DNA of 64,000 bases from Octopus vulgaris (GCA_951406725.2 OX597825.1:72664001-72728000), one strand, 5' to 3'. Shown: positions 1-13,371, numbered from the stretch's first letter. The notes: a model not told the origin generated them from the letters alone. Numbers and translations: made by a program.

Positions 1-204
1 TATGTAGGTGTGTGTGTAGGTGTGTGTGTGTAATTCCGTTCATTATTTTTATGGAATCATATCACCAACGCTTTTTATGCTCTTAATCGCAATTGCTCAC
101 GTCTCGACATTCGTAAATTTTAACGCTTAATGCTCTTAATACATTATTTCCAATAATCTAATAGATATTTATAATTGATATTGTTATTGTTGTTGTTGCT
201 GTTG

Positions 205-276
<72 letters not shown>

Positions 277-687
277 TCTCTTTTCTTTTTTTTTCTTTTT
301 GTAATGAGGGCGTTTAAAATATTTTCAGCTTTAGGTTGTTTACATTTTCAGATTCTACTCTCGAAAACAAAAATTCTTTTACCTAAAAGCAAATATGAAC
401 ATTTCTTTTTACAGACATTATCAACCAGAGAACATTTCTTAATTTTCAAATTTATATTTTCCATCGCTTTTTAAAAAGAATAAATGAAAATATTGATATC
501 GCCAAAATATCGAAAATATAACACGTCATATTATTGGTTTCTCTGTTTTATTATTTTTTTCGTGTGTGATTTATAACGATATTTCGTCGCTAAAATACAT
601 ACGCGCGCGTGTACGTGTAACTCATACATACGTGCATGCATACATTCACACACACTCACACTCACACACACACTTACATACACGTGT

Positions 688-1030
<343 letters not shown>

Positions 1031-1591
1031 CGTAAGGGGTTATTTCAAAAGGTTTACTGGTTTGTTCTCAGTTAAATTATTCAGAATAGGTTATTCAACA
1101 GTTAATATATAAATCCAATAATATTCTCATCAGACAAGAATTTAGGGTTGCAATTGCAGTGATTACAAATCGGTGCAGTTGAAACACGTGTAGGTTTATG
1201 TTACCCCATACTACTCATTTTACCAAATAATAGCCCATTAATAATATGGGCTATTATTATAATAATATGGCTATTATTTTATCAAATAATAGCCATATTA
1301 TCAAACAATGGTCAATAATGGGCTCCCACTAAGGAGCCCATTATTGATTTTTATTGAAAGCCAATTAGTCTATAATTGAACTGGATGTTAGTTTAATATG
1401 TATGCAAAGTTTCTTCAAGATTAGTTTACTGGTGTAGGCAGCAAAATGGTAACACATACACACACATACACATATATATATATACATAGATACGACGGGC
1501 TTCTTTCAGTTTCCGTCTACCAAATCCACTCGCAAGGCTTTGGTCGGCCCGAGGCTATAGTAGAAGACACTTGCCCAAGGTGCCATGTGTG

Positions 1592-1662
<71 letters not shown>

Positions 1663-1665
<3 letters not shown>

Positions 1666-1858
1666 TAATCCAGACATGAAAACACAACAGCGCGAGGACG
1701 TGGAACAAGTATAGTATAATTGGACGCTCAGGAAACAAGGAAAGAAGGACGGTTTAACGTTTCGAGCGGAGCTCTTCGTCAGAAACATAGGAAAAGGAAA
1801 GATCCAAAGAAGGGATGACGGAGGAAAAACATCGCCAACGGTACACACGCGATCACAT
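1663..1858 (-). mobile_element. ~200-bp Penelope-like short repeat, copy 2 (inverted relative to copy 1)
   Basis: Reverse complement of 688-897; hammerhead-like motif at 1752-1786 identical to 761-795. Confidence 0.65.
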
Positions 1859-2891
1859 TAAAAAAATATTTATAAAACATATATATATATATATTTGTTT
1901 TATAAATATTTTTTTAATATTCATATGTGTCGATATGTATTAATATATGTATACTCATTATAAGTCGAATTTATAACTGTATGAGTATGATTACCTAAGT
2001 TGAGTTTATATCTCAACTCTTATCTTTTGTCTTGGGTTCAACCCAATCACCTCTTAAGCAGTTCTAAATCAAGGAAAGAAATGAAAGAATATGATTGTTT
2101 ATGGAAAATGTTATAATTTTGTTCAGTCAAGCGATAGCTACGATCTTTTAATGCTTCAGCAAGTAATTACTGAAGTGACAACAATTATTGGAAAGCTCTG
2201 ACTTGAGATTTTACGGAAGTTTACGGAATTATTGATGTTCTTATGAATTTGTATGGCTAGCATATTTTGAAGATCTTCCGCTTGAAATCATATTCAGTGC
2301 CGTGAAAGTTTTGTTACAGTTCTTTTTACAGTAGGTATCATCATAGTAGGTAACATCATAGCGAGACCTTAGCCATATATCAATGGGTCAAAAAATGCAG
2401 GCTCTCTATAGCTAAAAGAACACGCTTTTTTTTATTAGATCGAAAAACTTTACTGACCTTCTAAACTTGAGATAGGAGACTTTTACAAGATGCACGTAAC
2501 TTAACAAGTTTTTGTTATCAAACTGGAAGACGCAGAGTTTAACGCACTTTAGCCTGTACCCTATTTGACTACCCAACTAGGTTTACTCATTTTAGATGGG
2601 AATGCTTAATATTAACAGTATTATACGTTTACGAGGCTAAAAGACAACCTTTATGCTCCTTTCCGTTATAATATTTCTTAACATTTTCTTCTCTTCCCGT
2701 TTTCCTTGTAATATTTTCTCGTTCTCTTCTCACATTCCTTTAAGAAGCAACCATATCGTTTGAACAGGAAAAATTGTCGTACACGGTAAACTATGCAAAC
2801 CCATTCCTCTACTGGGTTATACGAACATGAAACTTGAAGTAGCTCACATATATCTTCTGCATACATTAAATACACACACACAAACACACAC

Positions 2892-2981
<90 letters not shown>

Positions 2982-3221
2982 TCTAGTCATAATAAGACCG
3001 ATAGAATAAAAGCCAAACTTACTGGGTTCGATTTCAACGGCCACAACCTTTCAAGCCCCTGCACGGCTGGTGTTCAAGAACTGAAACAAGTAGAACAATA
3101 GAAGTATAAAAGAATATATGCGTGTGTGCATGCATATATATATATATATATATAATATATTGATAAAACGGTAAGATAACAAAAGAAAGAAAGAGACCTC
3201 AATATTATGTAAATAGAGGAA

Positions 3222-3437
3222 ATATATCTATACAATATGTTACATTACTCGGTAGTCAAGATAAAACTCTGAGTTTCAGATGCCGAAGTGGAAATCCACA
3301 ACACCATCTCTTCGGTTATCTATTCGGTTATCTAGCCAGATAACCGAAGAGATGGTGTTGTGGATTTCCACTTCGGCATCTGAAACTCAGAGTTTTATCT
3401 TGACTACCGAGTAATGTAACATATTGTATAGATATAT
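3222..3437. repeat. perfect 100-bp inverted repeat with 16-nt spacer
   Basis: 3222-3321 is the exact reverse complement of 3338-3437; spacer ATTCGGTTATCTAGCC. Confidence 0.97.
3338..3400 (+). ncRNA. type-I hammerhead-like motif (variant core); mirrored at 3259-3321 on minus
   Basis: AGATAA-CCGAAGA-GATG...CATC-T-GAAAC-TCAGA-GTT-TTATCT: 6-bp stem I (AGATAA/TTATCT), stem II GATG/CATC with an inner GTGGA/TCCAC hairpin, quasi-palindromic stem III. Confidence 0.5.
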
Positions 3438-3442
3438 ATAAT

Positions 3443-3520
<78 letters not shown>

Positions 3521-3565
3521 GCGTGTGTGGGTGAAGGTAGGTGTATATATATGCGTGTGTGGGTG

Positions 3566-3608
<43 letters not shown>

Positions 3609-3944
3609 CCAAAGCATAAGAGTGACGTATTTTCTTTTGCCGTATTCCACCAAAGAATTCGAGTTAATAATGGGATTGCTAGCTTAGAGCATTATAAATT
3701 GATATAATGTTATGGAGGTAGACAAAGTGAACCAAGTATAACTGAAGGTAAATCCAATTCTGAATAATAACCGAACCAATCCAGAGCAACAAATCAATCC
3801 TGAATGGCACATTAGAGTTTGAACGAGTGAATATAATATAATCTTTATTTTAATATATATTTAGATTCAGTTCTATTTTTCTTTTTTTTTTTGTTCAATC
3901 GATTAGTCTGCATATCATTACATTAATGGACGCGTGCTTATATA

Positions 3945-4003
<59 letters not shown>

Positions 4004-4039
4004 ATATATATACATACATATATATATATATATACATAC

Positions 4040-4088
<49 letters not shown>

Positions 4089-4328
4089 GACTTGTATATA
4101 TTTATATATACAGATGTGTATATATATATATAAATATATATATGTATGTATATGTATGTATGTATATATGTATGTATATATATATATATGTACATATATA
4201 TATGTATATAAATGTATGTATATAGATATAGATACACACACACACACACTCGTACATATACATATACATGTACATAATATGGGATTTTATGTATATGTGC
4301 GTGCGTCTATATATATATATATATAATA

Positions 4329-4397
<69 letters not shown>

Positions 4398-5099
4398 TTA
4401 ATCTAATCTATTTTATATAATTGTAAAGCAATGGATCCGTACATCGGTAGGTAAGACGTCTATACGTGGTATATCTATGTGTATATGTGGTTTATCTATG
4501 TGTATACGTAGATATCTAATTTACTTGTTCAGAAATGTTGTTTGCTCTATCATCATTTGTGTAAAATTTTGTTATATATGATATTCAATATCTTCCACAT
4601 CCTTTTGGTTTTTTCTTCTTTTTTTTTTGTTGTTGTTGCTGCTGTATTTTGAGTGATGTACACATGAAAATCCTCTGTTTAATATCAGTTCTTATCGAAT
4701 AGGTATCTTCAGCGGAGGTGGTTCTGTCGCATTGCAACCTGCCCGTGCTTCTGTTAGAGAGTTATCGTTCGTTACTAGAATGTTTTCGTAACGAAGAACC
4801 AACTCTATACTTCTCTCAAAACCAACAACTAAAGCTAATCATGTCCAACAGTTTCTCCTCCTCTCCTTTAACCCCCGGCGACTCCAATTCAACCAAGACT
4901 CTAACCACCATCTCTTATTAATATCAAACCATTCGTCCCTTTTCTCCCCGATCCTCAAATCTCACAACCCTAATGTCTAGTTTCCGCCGTCTCTCCTGTC
5001 CCAGGTCGAAGAGTTTCCCCAAACTTCACACTCGAATGTAGTGATTGCGCATGCGTTGATTCCATACTTCGTATCACTCACATATCTCGCTTGGATACC

Positions 5100-5637
5100 A
5101 GTAATAATGATTTCAAATTTTGGCACAAGTCCAGCAATTTCGGGAGCGGGGTTGGTCGGTTATATCGAGCCCAGGGCTCAGTTGGTACTTATTTTATCGA
5201 CCCCGAAACGAAAAAAGGCAAAATAGACCTTTGCGGAATTTGAACTCGGAACGTAGCAGCAGACGAAATACCTAAACACAGAAAGGGGACGAACAAGGAC
5301 AGACAAACGGATTAAGTCGATTACATCGACCCCAGTGCGTAACTGGCACTTATTTAATTGACCCCAAAAGAATGAAAAGCAAAGTCGACCTCGGCGGAAT
5401 TTGAACTCACAACGTAGCGACAGACGAAATACCTGTTTCTTTATTACCCACAAGGTGCTAAACACAGAGAGGACAAACAAGGAAAGACAAAGGGATTAAG
5501 TCGATTATATCGACCCCAGTGCGCAACTGGTACTTAATTTATCGACCCCGAAAGGATGAAAGGCAAAGTCGACCTCGGCGGAATTTGAACTCAGAACGTA
5601 GCGGCAGACGAAATACCAGTAAGCATTTCGTCTGTCT
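5100..5637 (-). mobile_element. SINE family B tandem array
   Basis: Repeated units containing GCCTTTCATCCTTTCGGGGTCGATAAATTAAGTACCAG; B1-tailed units followed by a final B2-tailed unit. Confidence 0.85.
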
Positions 5638-6169
5638 CAATGAATTTCGTATAAACGGAAACTGTGTAAAAGTTTGTCGTGTTTGTGTGTGTGTATGTGC
5701 ATGTGTGTGTGTGTGTATGTATGCGCGTGAGTGTGTGTGTGTGTGTCTGTGTGTGTGTCTGCGCGTGTGTGTGTGTCTGCGTGTGTGTGTGTGTGTGTGT
5801 GTGTTTGTCCTTCATGTTTGACAGCCGGTGTCGGTTTGTTTATGTACCCCGTAACATCAGCGGTTCGGCAAAAGTGACTGGCAATATAAGTAAATAGACT
5901 TTCAAACAAAAACTAAAGTACTGAGGCCGATATATTTTGAGTAAACTCTTTAAGGCGGTGCCCCAGCATGGCCACGGCCCAGAGAATGAAACAATTAAAA
6001 GAGAAATAGAATATCCTTACCCATAAACCCCGCTCCTTGCTTTACCTCTATTTCTTTCTTTCTAAATCTTACTCTCGTTCTCTGTTTTCCTTCCTTGCCA
6101 TCTCTCCACCTCTATCTATCCATCTATCTATCTATTTATCTTATTTTTATTTTTTTATTTTTTATTTTA

Positions 6170-6345
6170 TTTTTTTTAGTTCTTTTCTTCCCTTTTACGA
6201 TCCCTCTTGATCGAAAACCTACGCCACCCCTTTTTTTTTTTTTGTTTCTTTTGTTTTTTTGTTTTTTCATCCCCCAAAAGAAGAGCTCTACCTTGTAACT
6301 TGTCCCATCTGTGTGCAGCCCTGTGTGGCCAATAAAGAAACTTAT
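6170..6345 (+). mobile_element. Tx1/L1-like LINE 3' UTR fragment inside (TATC)n
   Basis: Matches 19715-19870 (minus); ends GCCCTGTGTGGCCAATAAAGAAAC; TATC repeats on both sides. Confidence 0.7.
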
Positions 6346-6361
6346 TTATCTGCCTGTCTGT

Positions 6362-6410
<49 letters not shown>

Positions 6411-6526
6411 AGTTGTATGTCTAGCTTTCTATCCTGTTTATCTATCAATCTGTCTTTCTATGTATCTCTATTTCTCTACTTATCCATCTATCTGTGTATA
6501 TGTTTATTTATCAGTCTGTCTGCCTC

Positions 6527-6581
<55 letters not shown>

Positions 6582-6608
6582 GTATCTATCTTCCTACGTA
6601 TCTGTCTG

Positions 6609-6653
<45 letters not shown>

Positions 6654-6682
6654 GTGTATCTATCTTCTTACGTATTTGTCTG

Positions 6683-6733
<51 letters not shown>

Positions 6734-6778
6734 GTCTATCTATCTGTCTGTCTATCTATCTATCTATATATCTATCTC
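6346..6778. repeat. (TATC)n/(TGTC)n compound microsatellite
   Basis: Direct inspection; other (GATA)n tracts near 2893-2981, 3445-3520, 13228-13371, 19640-19715, 24320-24445. Confidence 0.95.
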
Positions 6779-7548
6779 AACTCATTTCAATCACGCAGAA
6801 TTCATTCCGTTTCTTCCTCTATTTACAGTGTTACTTTCGTAGTCTTAACAGAACAGGAAATTATTGTGACCAGGAATTGAGAAAACCAATCCTCTTTAGG
6901 AATGATAATTGGAATTCTCTAAAAAAAACAAAAAAAAAACAACATTCATTTTTCGCTTCTTTATTTTCTGCCCTTCCTTTTCCCTTTTCTTTCTCCCTTT
7001 TTTTTTTGTCCTTTGTTCGTCTTCCTATTTTGTTTACTTGTTTACGCGCGTATTCTTTGCCTATGTTGTTTTGTTGGTGTGTTTCCATGAAATCTCAGGT
7101 TTCGCATGTTTAAATTGTGAAACTTGAAGGAGAGCGCTAAAATGTTTTCATCAAAATACTGGAATGACAGAAATAAGATATGGAAATTTAAGAAAAATAC
7201 AGTTTTTTTAGGCCTTATATGTTATTGTTGCCCGTTATTAGAGACAGGGGAGGTAGGGGTCAGAGATATAGGAGCTGTTGGGAGTGCTAAAAACAATAGC
7301 GAAGTCCCTCAATCACATGCTGAGTACAAATCAGGTTTTACAGTCTCACATCAATAAATACTATGATATTATTATCGCCACGAAGATCACCACCACTACC
7401 ACTACTACAACTAGCACCACCAAAGCTACTACTACCACCATCACCACTACTACTACTTCTACTACTACCACTACTAATCCCTCAATCCCATCACCACCAC
7501 CACTGCCATTGCTACTACTACTGCCACTACTACTACTTTGCGCTTTTC

Positions 7549-7740
7549 TATTGGGTTGTCCGGAAAGTTCGTGCCGATTTTTAAATGAAAGAAAAAGGTC
7601 AATAAATACTTGCCATTACATTTTTATTCAACCAAATATGAACCATTTTGTTGCACAATGCGTCTCCATCTTTCCTTTAACTTGAAAATACCCTCTTCGC
7701 AGAATTGAGGTGGTTTCATGGCAAAGAATTCTTCAAGGTA
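7549..7740 (-). mobile_element. mariner transposon 3' end fragment
   Basis: Minus strand translates YLEEFFAMKPPQFCEEGIFKLKERWRRIVQQNGSYLVE* (mariner transposase C-terminus), then a TA-bounded TIR (plus strand TTGGGTTGTCCGGAAAGTTCGTGCCGATTT). Confidence 0.85.
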
Positions 7741-7989
7741 TCTTGTTCATCGCCAACATCATCATCACCACCACCAACAACAACAATACCATCATCATCA
7801 ACAATGCCATCTTAACCATCACCACCACCAACATCGTCAGCATCATCAACATCATCCCCTTCACCAACGCCATCACCGTTCCCCACTAGCAACTACATCC
7901 CCCGAATCACCACCATCACCCTCACTACCATCAAAATTGACCCAACACCATCAACATCACAGAAAAAACCCACCACTACCACCACCACA

Positions 7990-8145
7990 TGTCATGGCAA
8001 ACTGAGACCCACGAGCCGCATGCAGCCTGCAGAGGTTTCTGAAACACATGCCTAACATACGGTCACCTTGAATTTTTAGTATTGAGGCTCACCCGATGAT
8101 GAGCCATAAGGCCCGCTCCTCAAAATCCTTTGTCCGTGCCTGACC
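7990..8145. mobile_element. degenerate hAT (Charlie-like) MITE
   Basis: GGCAAACTG...GAGCCGCATGCAGCC end motif; similar degenerate ends near 22100-22230 and 32270-32422. Confidence 0.4.
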
Positions 8146-8368
8146 TACACCATCAGCAGCACCAAATCCAGGTCCATCAGCACTATCTTGCCTTTGATCC
8201 TTAAGAAAGAGTGGTTAGTTCGATTCTTGGGTTTAGTGTTATTTGCCATCGGTTGTTTTTGTACTAAAATTTTGTGTACCATTGTGGGATATTATAGTTA
8301 ACACAACTGCATCGCCGAAAACTAGGTCTTTGAATTCATTATCTTTGCAATAATAATTTCTAACGGAA

Positions 8369-8770
8369 GACGGCGAGCTGGCGGAATCGTTAGGACGCCG
8401 GGTAAGATGCTTAGCGGTATTCCGTCTGCCGTTACGTTCTGAGTTCAAATTCCGCCGAGGTCGACTTTGCCTTTCATCCTTTCGGGGTCGATTAAATTAA
8501 GTACCAGTTATGCACTGGGGTCGATATAATCGACTTAATCCGTTTGTCTGTCCTTGTTTGTCCTCTCTGTGTTTAGCCCCTTGTGGGTTGTAAAGAAATT
8601 GGTATTTCGTCTGTCTTTACACTCTGAGTTCGAATTCCGCCTAGGTCTATTTTGCCTTTCATCCTTTCGGGGTAGATAAATTAAGTACCAGTTGGGTACT
8701 GGGGTCGGCCTAATCGATTGGCCCCTTCCCCAAAATTTTCGGGCCTTGTGCCTAGAGTAGGAAAGAAAAG
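8369..8770 (+). mobile_element. SINE family B dimer (B1 unit + B2 unit) with 20-bp TSD
   Basis: AATAATAATTTCTAACGGAA at 8349-8368 and 8771-8790; internal junction at 8600/8601. Confidence 0.92.
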
Positions 8771-9634
8771 AATAATAATTTCTAACGGAAATAGAAAACC
8801 AAACATTTCATGGAAGGGGAGAACAGTTCTTGTTTATTTTTTTTATTTTAATCAACCCCAATAATGATGAGGAGAAAAAAACGGAAATACTGGCTTCAGA
8901 TAGATTGAACTTAGAACCTAGAGAACCGGAATAAATATCGTAAAGCATTTCGCCGCACCCGGTAAAATGCTCCACCGTCCAAGTTACCCGTGAAGGGTTA
9001 AAAATCAGTACTGGATGGCTTTTGCAAACCAGACTACGTAAAAGTTATTAACCCTCAGACTAGCTATTTATATTAACTAACCATGTAACATTATAGTTTT
9101 ATCTGTGAAAACTGAAAAAAAATAATCAAAGACAAAACGATAAATATTTATTTATTCTGTACGTTGGCGCACGAAATCAATAAATATTTGAATTCCAAAA
9201 TATTTAAGTTAAAAAAAAAAGGTAATATATAAAAGATATATAAAGCTTATATCAATTAACTCGAGTCGATTGATTTAGGTTTGTGATCAGATATATTTCA
9301 TAACGGATGATCAAACCTGTTTATATTTAAAAAGTAATCAAGTATATTTGCATTTATTTCGTAATCGGAACTATCAATATTTAATTGATGATTAGACCAA
9401 TTAATTTTTAATGGGTGATCTTCATTTCTTGTATTTAGCATGTCGACAAACATGTTGATATTTTATGCGCTGTGTTTCTAGAAAAAGAATGCTTAATTTT
9501 TGTCTTTCTTTCTTTTAAATGTCTTATTTAATTTTGTTGCAAAATAAGTACCATGGGGAGGTACGTTTTACTGATGTAATCATAGAAGTTGTTATGTTGA
9601 GCGCTGTCAGGTAAAATACCAAACACCAATAAAG

Positions 9635-9922
9635 AGTAAAGACCCCCTTTGGAGGCACAAGGTCTTTTTATGGAAGACCAGCAGTCGCTCATGCATACCA
9701 ACCTCTCCTCTCCACGCCACGGATGCTATCCAAGAGAAAGACAAAGGGGCCGATACAGCTTGGCACCAGTGACGTTGCAACTCATTTCTACAGTTGATTG
9801 AACTGGAGAAACACAAAATAAAGTGTCTTGTTCAAGAACACAACGAACAGCCCGGTCCGGGAATCGAACTCACTACCTCATGATTGTGAGCCCGACGCTC
9901 TAATCACTGAGCCATGTGCCTT
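9635..9922 (-). mobile_element. tRNA-derived CORE-like SINE (family D)
   Basis: A box TGGCTCAGTGA, B box GTTCGATTCC, then TGTGTTCTTGAACAAGACACTT...; second copy at 41848-42070 (+). Confidence 0.8.
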
Positions 9923-10072
9923 CACACCAAGCCATACACGTCGTTGGTTGTGGTGTCGGTGATGTTGGTAGCTTAGTGTTACTGTTGATACCAAACATCA
10001 ATATTACCAACAATAAAACTGAACCACCAACATCACCGAGACCCCCACCAACAACACCAACAACAGCAGCAA

Positions 10073-10190
10073 GTGGAGGCGTAATGGCCCAGTGGTTAGG
10101 GCGGCGGACTCGCGGTCGTAAGAACGCGGTTTTGATTCCCAGACCGGGCATTGTGAGTGTTTATTAAGCAAAAACACCTAAGCTCCACGA
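10073..10190 (+). mobile_element. SINE family C head fragment
   Basis: GTGGAGGCGTAATGGCCCAGTGGTTAGGG...AGCTCCACGA, same head as the copies starting at 32632 (+) and 40417 (-). Confidence 0.8.
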
Positions 10191-10568
10191 TGCTCTATTA
10201 TGAGGAATTGGGTTTTTAAATTGTTGAAGTATTTTGTCTACTGTAGAAGTAAAAACGATTTATTACAGATAAATTTTAACTGGAAAATCTTATATGAACC
10301 CCCGTTGAAGGGCATTGTTCTAGATTGAATTGTATAGTATTGGATTGGTGCATAATTAGATGGTGAATATGCTCTGGAATAATCATTTAAAGATGTTTTT
10401 GTTACATGTTCTTATTGCTTTTGTTGAATAAAATTTGTTGAAAAAAGCCGCAATAATTATGCACCAAGCCAATAGTTTTCTTCCATGTGTAACATTATTT
10501 ACTTTTTGAGACAGAAGTAAGATAGAAACGATAACAACGATCAATTTAGAAAAGGCTACAAGCGTATA

Positions 10569-10863
10569 GTGGAGGCACATGGCCTAGTGGTTAGAGCAGC
10601 GGTCGAGGGATCGCGGGTTCGAATCTCAGACAGGGCGATGTGTGTGTTCATGAGCGAAACACCTAAGCTCCACGCGGCTCCGGTGGAAGGTAATGGCCAA
10701 CTTTTGCTGACTCTTTCGCCACAACTTTCTCTCACTCTTTCCTCCTGCATCTTGCAGCTCACCTGCGACGGACCGGCGTCCCGTCCAGGTGGGGAACCTA
10801 TACGCCAAGGAAACCTGGAAACCAGCCCTTATGAGGCAGGCATGGTTCGAGAAGGAACAAACA
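10569..10863 (+). mobile_element. full-length SINE family C, tail type X, with 11-bp TSD
   Basis: A/B boxes; TSD ACAAGCGTATA at 10558-10568 and 10864-10874. Confidence 0.9.
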
Positions 10864-11350
10864 ACAAGCGTATACTTTCCAAAGACGTTTTCTCTAAGAC
10901 TACATCTTCAATTCTACCTAAATGAACTTCACACACTCTCAATAATGAAGAAAATAGTTTAGAAAAAACTAAATTGCATAAGAAATTATATATCCCATGA
11001 GCACTTGCGAGTAATGTCTATAATCGAAGTATCAGTAACATATACAAAAGCTGTATGGAGGGTGATCATCATCATCATCGTCAACATAATCATCATCATT
11101 ATTGTCATCAGTAGTACTAGCTGTTGTTGTTGTTGTTGGTGGTGGTGGTGGGGGTAGTGGGGGTTTGGGTGGGGTGGCGCTTGTAATGGTGTTATTAGTG
11201 GCATTCGTTGATGCGAAACTGTAAATATTTCTCCTCATTTCTTTTCAGATTGCTCAGTTTAATGAAAACGTTTAAACTACAGTAATAAAAAAAACTCTTA
11301 AAACCCCTTATACACATGTTTAGCTGTGTGTGAATTTCTGTGTAATTGTG

Positions 11351-11385
<35 letters not shown>

Positions 11386-11580
11386 TCACTTAGTATATAT
11401 GTATTTTTATGTCTTTTGATAGACAAACATAAACGGGTATTCTATATTTTATAATTTAGTAAATATTCGAATAGAAACATAGTGGTAATGATATGGACAT
11501 TTTTAGTTCTAAGATATTTTGTTTACGAAAAATACGGTGTCACATGAATTATGTACCTTATGACAAATTACACTCTCCAT

Positions 11581-11999
11581 CAGGAGTGGCTGTGTGGTAA
11601 GTAGCTTGCTAACCAGCCACATGGTTCCGGGTTCAGTCCCACTGCGTGGCATCTTGGGCAAGTGTCTTCTGCTATAGCCCCGGGCCGACCAATGCCTTGT
11701 GAGTGGATTTGGTAGACGGAAACTGAAAGAAGCCTGTCGTATATATGTATATATATATATATATGTGTGTGTGTGTTTGTTTGTATGTCTGTGTTTGTCC
11801 CCCTAGCATTGCTTAACAACCAATGCTGGTGTGTTTATGTCCCCGTTACTTAGCGGTTCGGCAAAAGAGACCGATAGAATAAGTACTGGGCTTACAAAAA
11901 AGAATAAGTCCCGGGGTCGAGTTGCCCGATTAAAGGCGGTGCTCCAGCATGGCCGCAGTCAAATGACTGAAACAAGTAAAAGAGTAAAGAGTAAAGAGT
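11581..11999 (+). mobile_element. full-length SINE family A with internal (TA)n(TG)n
   Basis: CAGGAGTGGCTGTGTGGTAAG head, CORE-like CTTGGGCAAGTGTCTT, internal microsatellite, (GAGTAAA)n tail; about 20 full or partial copies in the window. Confidence 0.9.
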
Positions 12000-12682
12000 A
12001 TGATTGCATTTACGGATTTATGGACATATGTGAGTGGATCTATTTGTAAACACTTAGTGTATAGATGGGATAGTACCTCTTATGTTATTTATTTATTTAT
12101 TTATGATTTTGTTGTGTATGTGGGTATGTCTGTGTGTATGTGTGTGTGTATGTGGGTGTGTGTGTGTGTGTAAACATATGACTATGTCTGTACGTGCGCA
12201 CGTTTTGTGGATGTGAGTACGCGTGTGTATGTTTCCTAGCTAACTAACCGTAAAATATCTATTGTAATTCAAATTTAAAAGTATAGGCCAATCGAATGCA
12301 TCTGTGAAATTAATACCATGCAAACAGAGGAATTTGACTGATTGCATATATATGCAGATATCCATTTGCCTTGAATGGTACTATGGTGGTGGTATTAACT
12401 TTATTGGCTTTTTGTGAAGTGACACATTTTAATATATTGAACTGTTTAATATATATGCCTGCATTGAGTGTGAATGTGTCTGTTGTGGTTTCTTGATGTT
12501 GGTTGAGGAGCTGTGGCGTTCAATATGGAACATTATTGTGTTTGTTGATGTATATTGATTTATATTGTTTATATTATATTATTGTGTATATGTATATGTA
12601 TATATATGTAAGGATATGAGTATGTATGCACTCATATTTATATTTATACGTAAATTATTTTAGGGTTTGTACTCATACTTGC

Positions 12683-12806
12683 ATTAGAATCTCCGAAGAG
12701 GCCGTAAGATATTCTTGTTAATGTCTCATTTATACCTGCAATATATGGCTAATAGGTTAAATGAGACATACCTATCTTCATGGCCGAAACAGCTGTCAGT
12801 TATAAT
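12683..12806 (+). ncRNA. type-I hammerhead-like motif with long stem II (variant core)
   Basis: CCGAAGA (12693) GGCC...AAGATA...ATGTCTCATTTA / TAAATGAGACAT...TATCTT...GGCC GAAAC AGCT GTC; palindromic stem III, GUC triplet, imperfect stem I ATTAGAATCT/AGTTATAAT. Confidence 0.55.
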
Positions 12807-12988
12807 GTATATGTATTTTTATATCTTGTTATATTTATTTAGTTATATTTCACCATATTGATTGTAATTATTGTACTGTATTAATGTCTAATCTCATTGC
12901 TATTGTGTAGTGTTTTAATAAAGTATATGATTCGGTATTATCTGATAGTTGATGATGGATTTAGATATATTTCTCCATTTTCTCATTT

Positions 12989-13034
<46 letters not shown>

Positions 13035-13227
13035 ACATATATGTGTGCGTGTATGTCTATTATATATATATATATGTGTATATCTTATATATGTATGGTA
13101 TGGTATGGTATGTATGTATATGTGTATATATTTATGAATGTATATGTATATATATATATGCATATATACATACATACATACATACATACATACTTCATAT
13201 TCGCCTAAAACAGCAATTTAACTATAC

Positions 13228-13371
<144 letters not shown>

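Noticed and set aside
1150-1195. GAAACACGTGTA half-hammerhead with an upstream stem
   Set aside because: No CUGANGA box in the right position.
10569-10650. tRNA-like sequences at SINE heads (also 32632, 40340-40417, 41848, 9850-9922)
   Set aside because: A/B boxes are present but cloverleaves are incomplete and continue into SINE bodies, two of them with TSDs; not tRNA genes.
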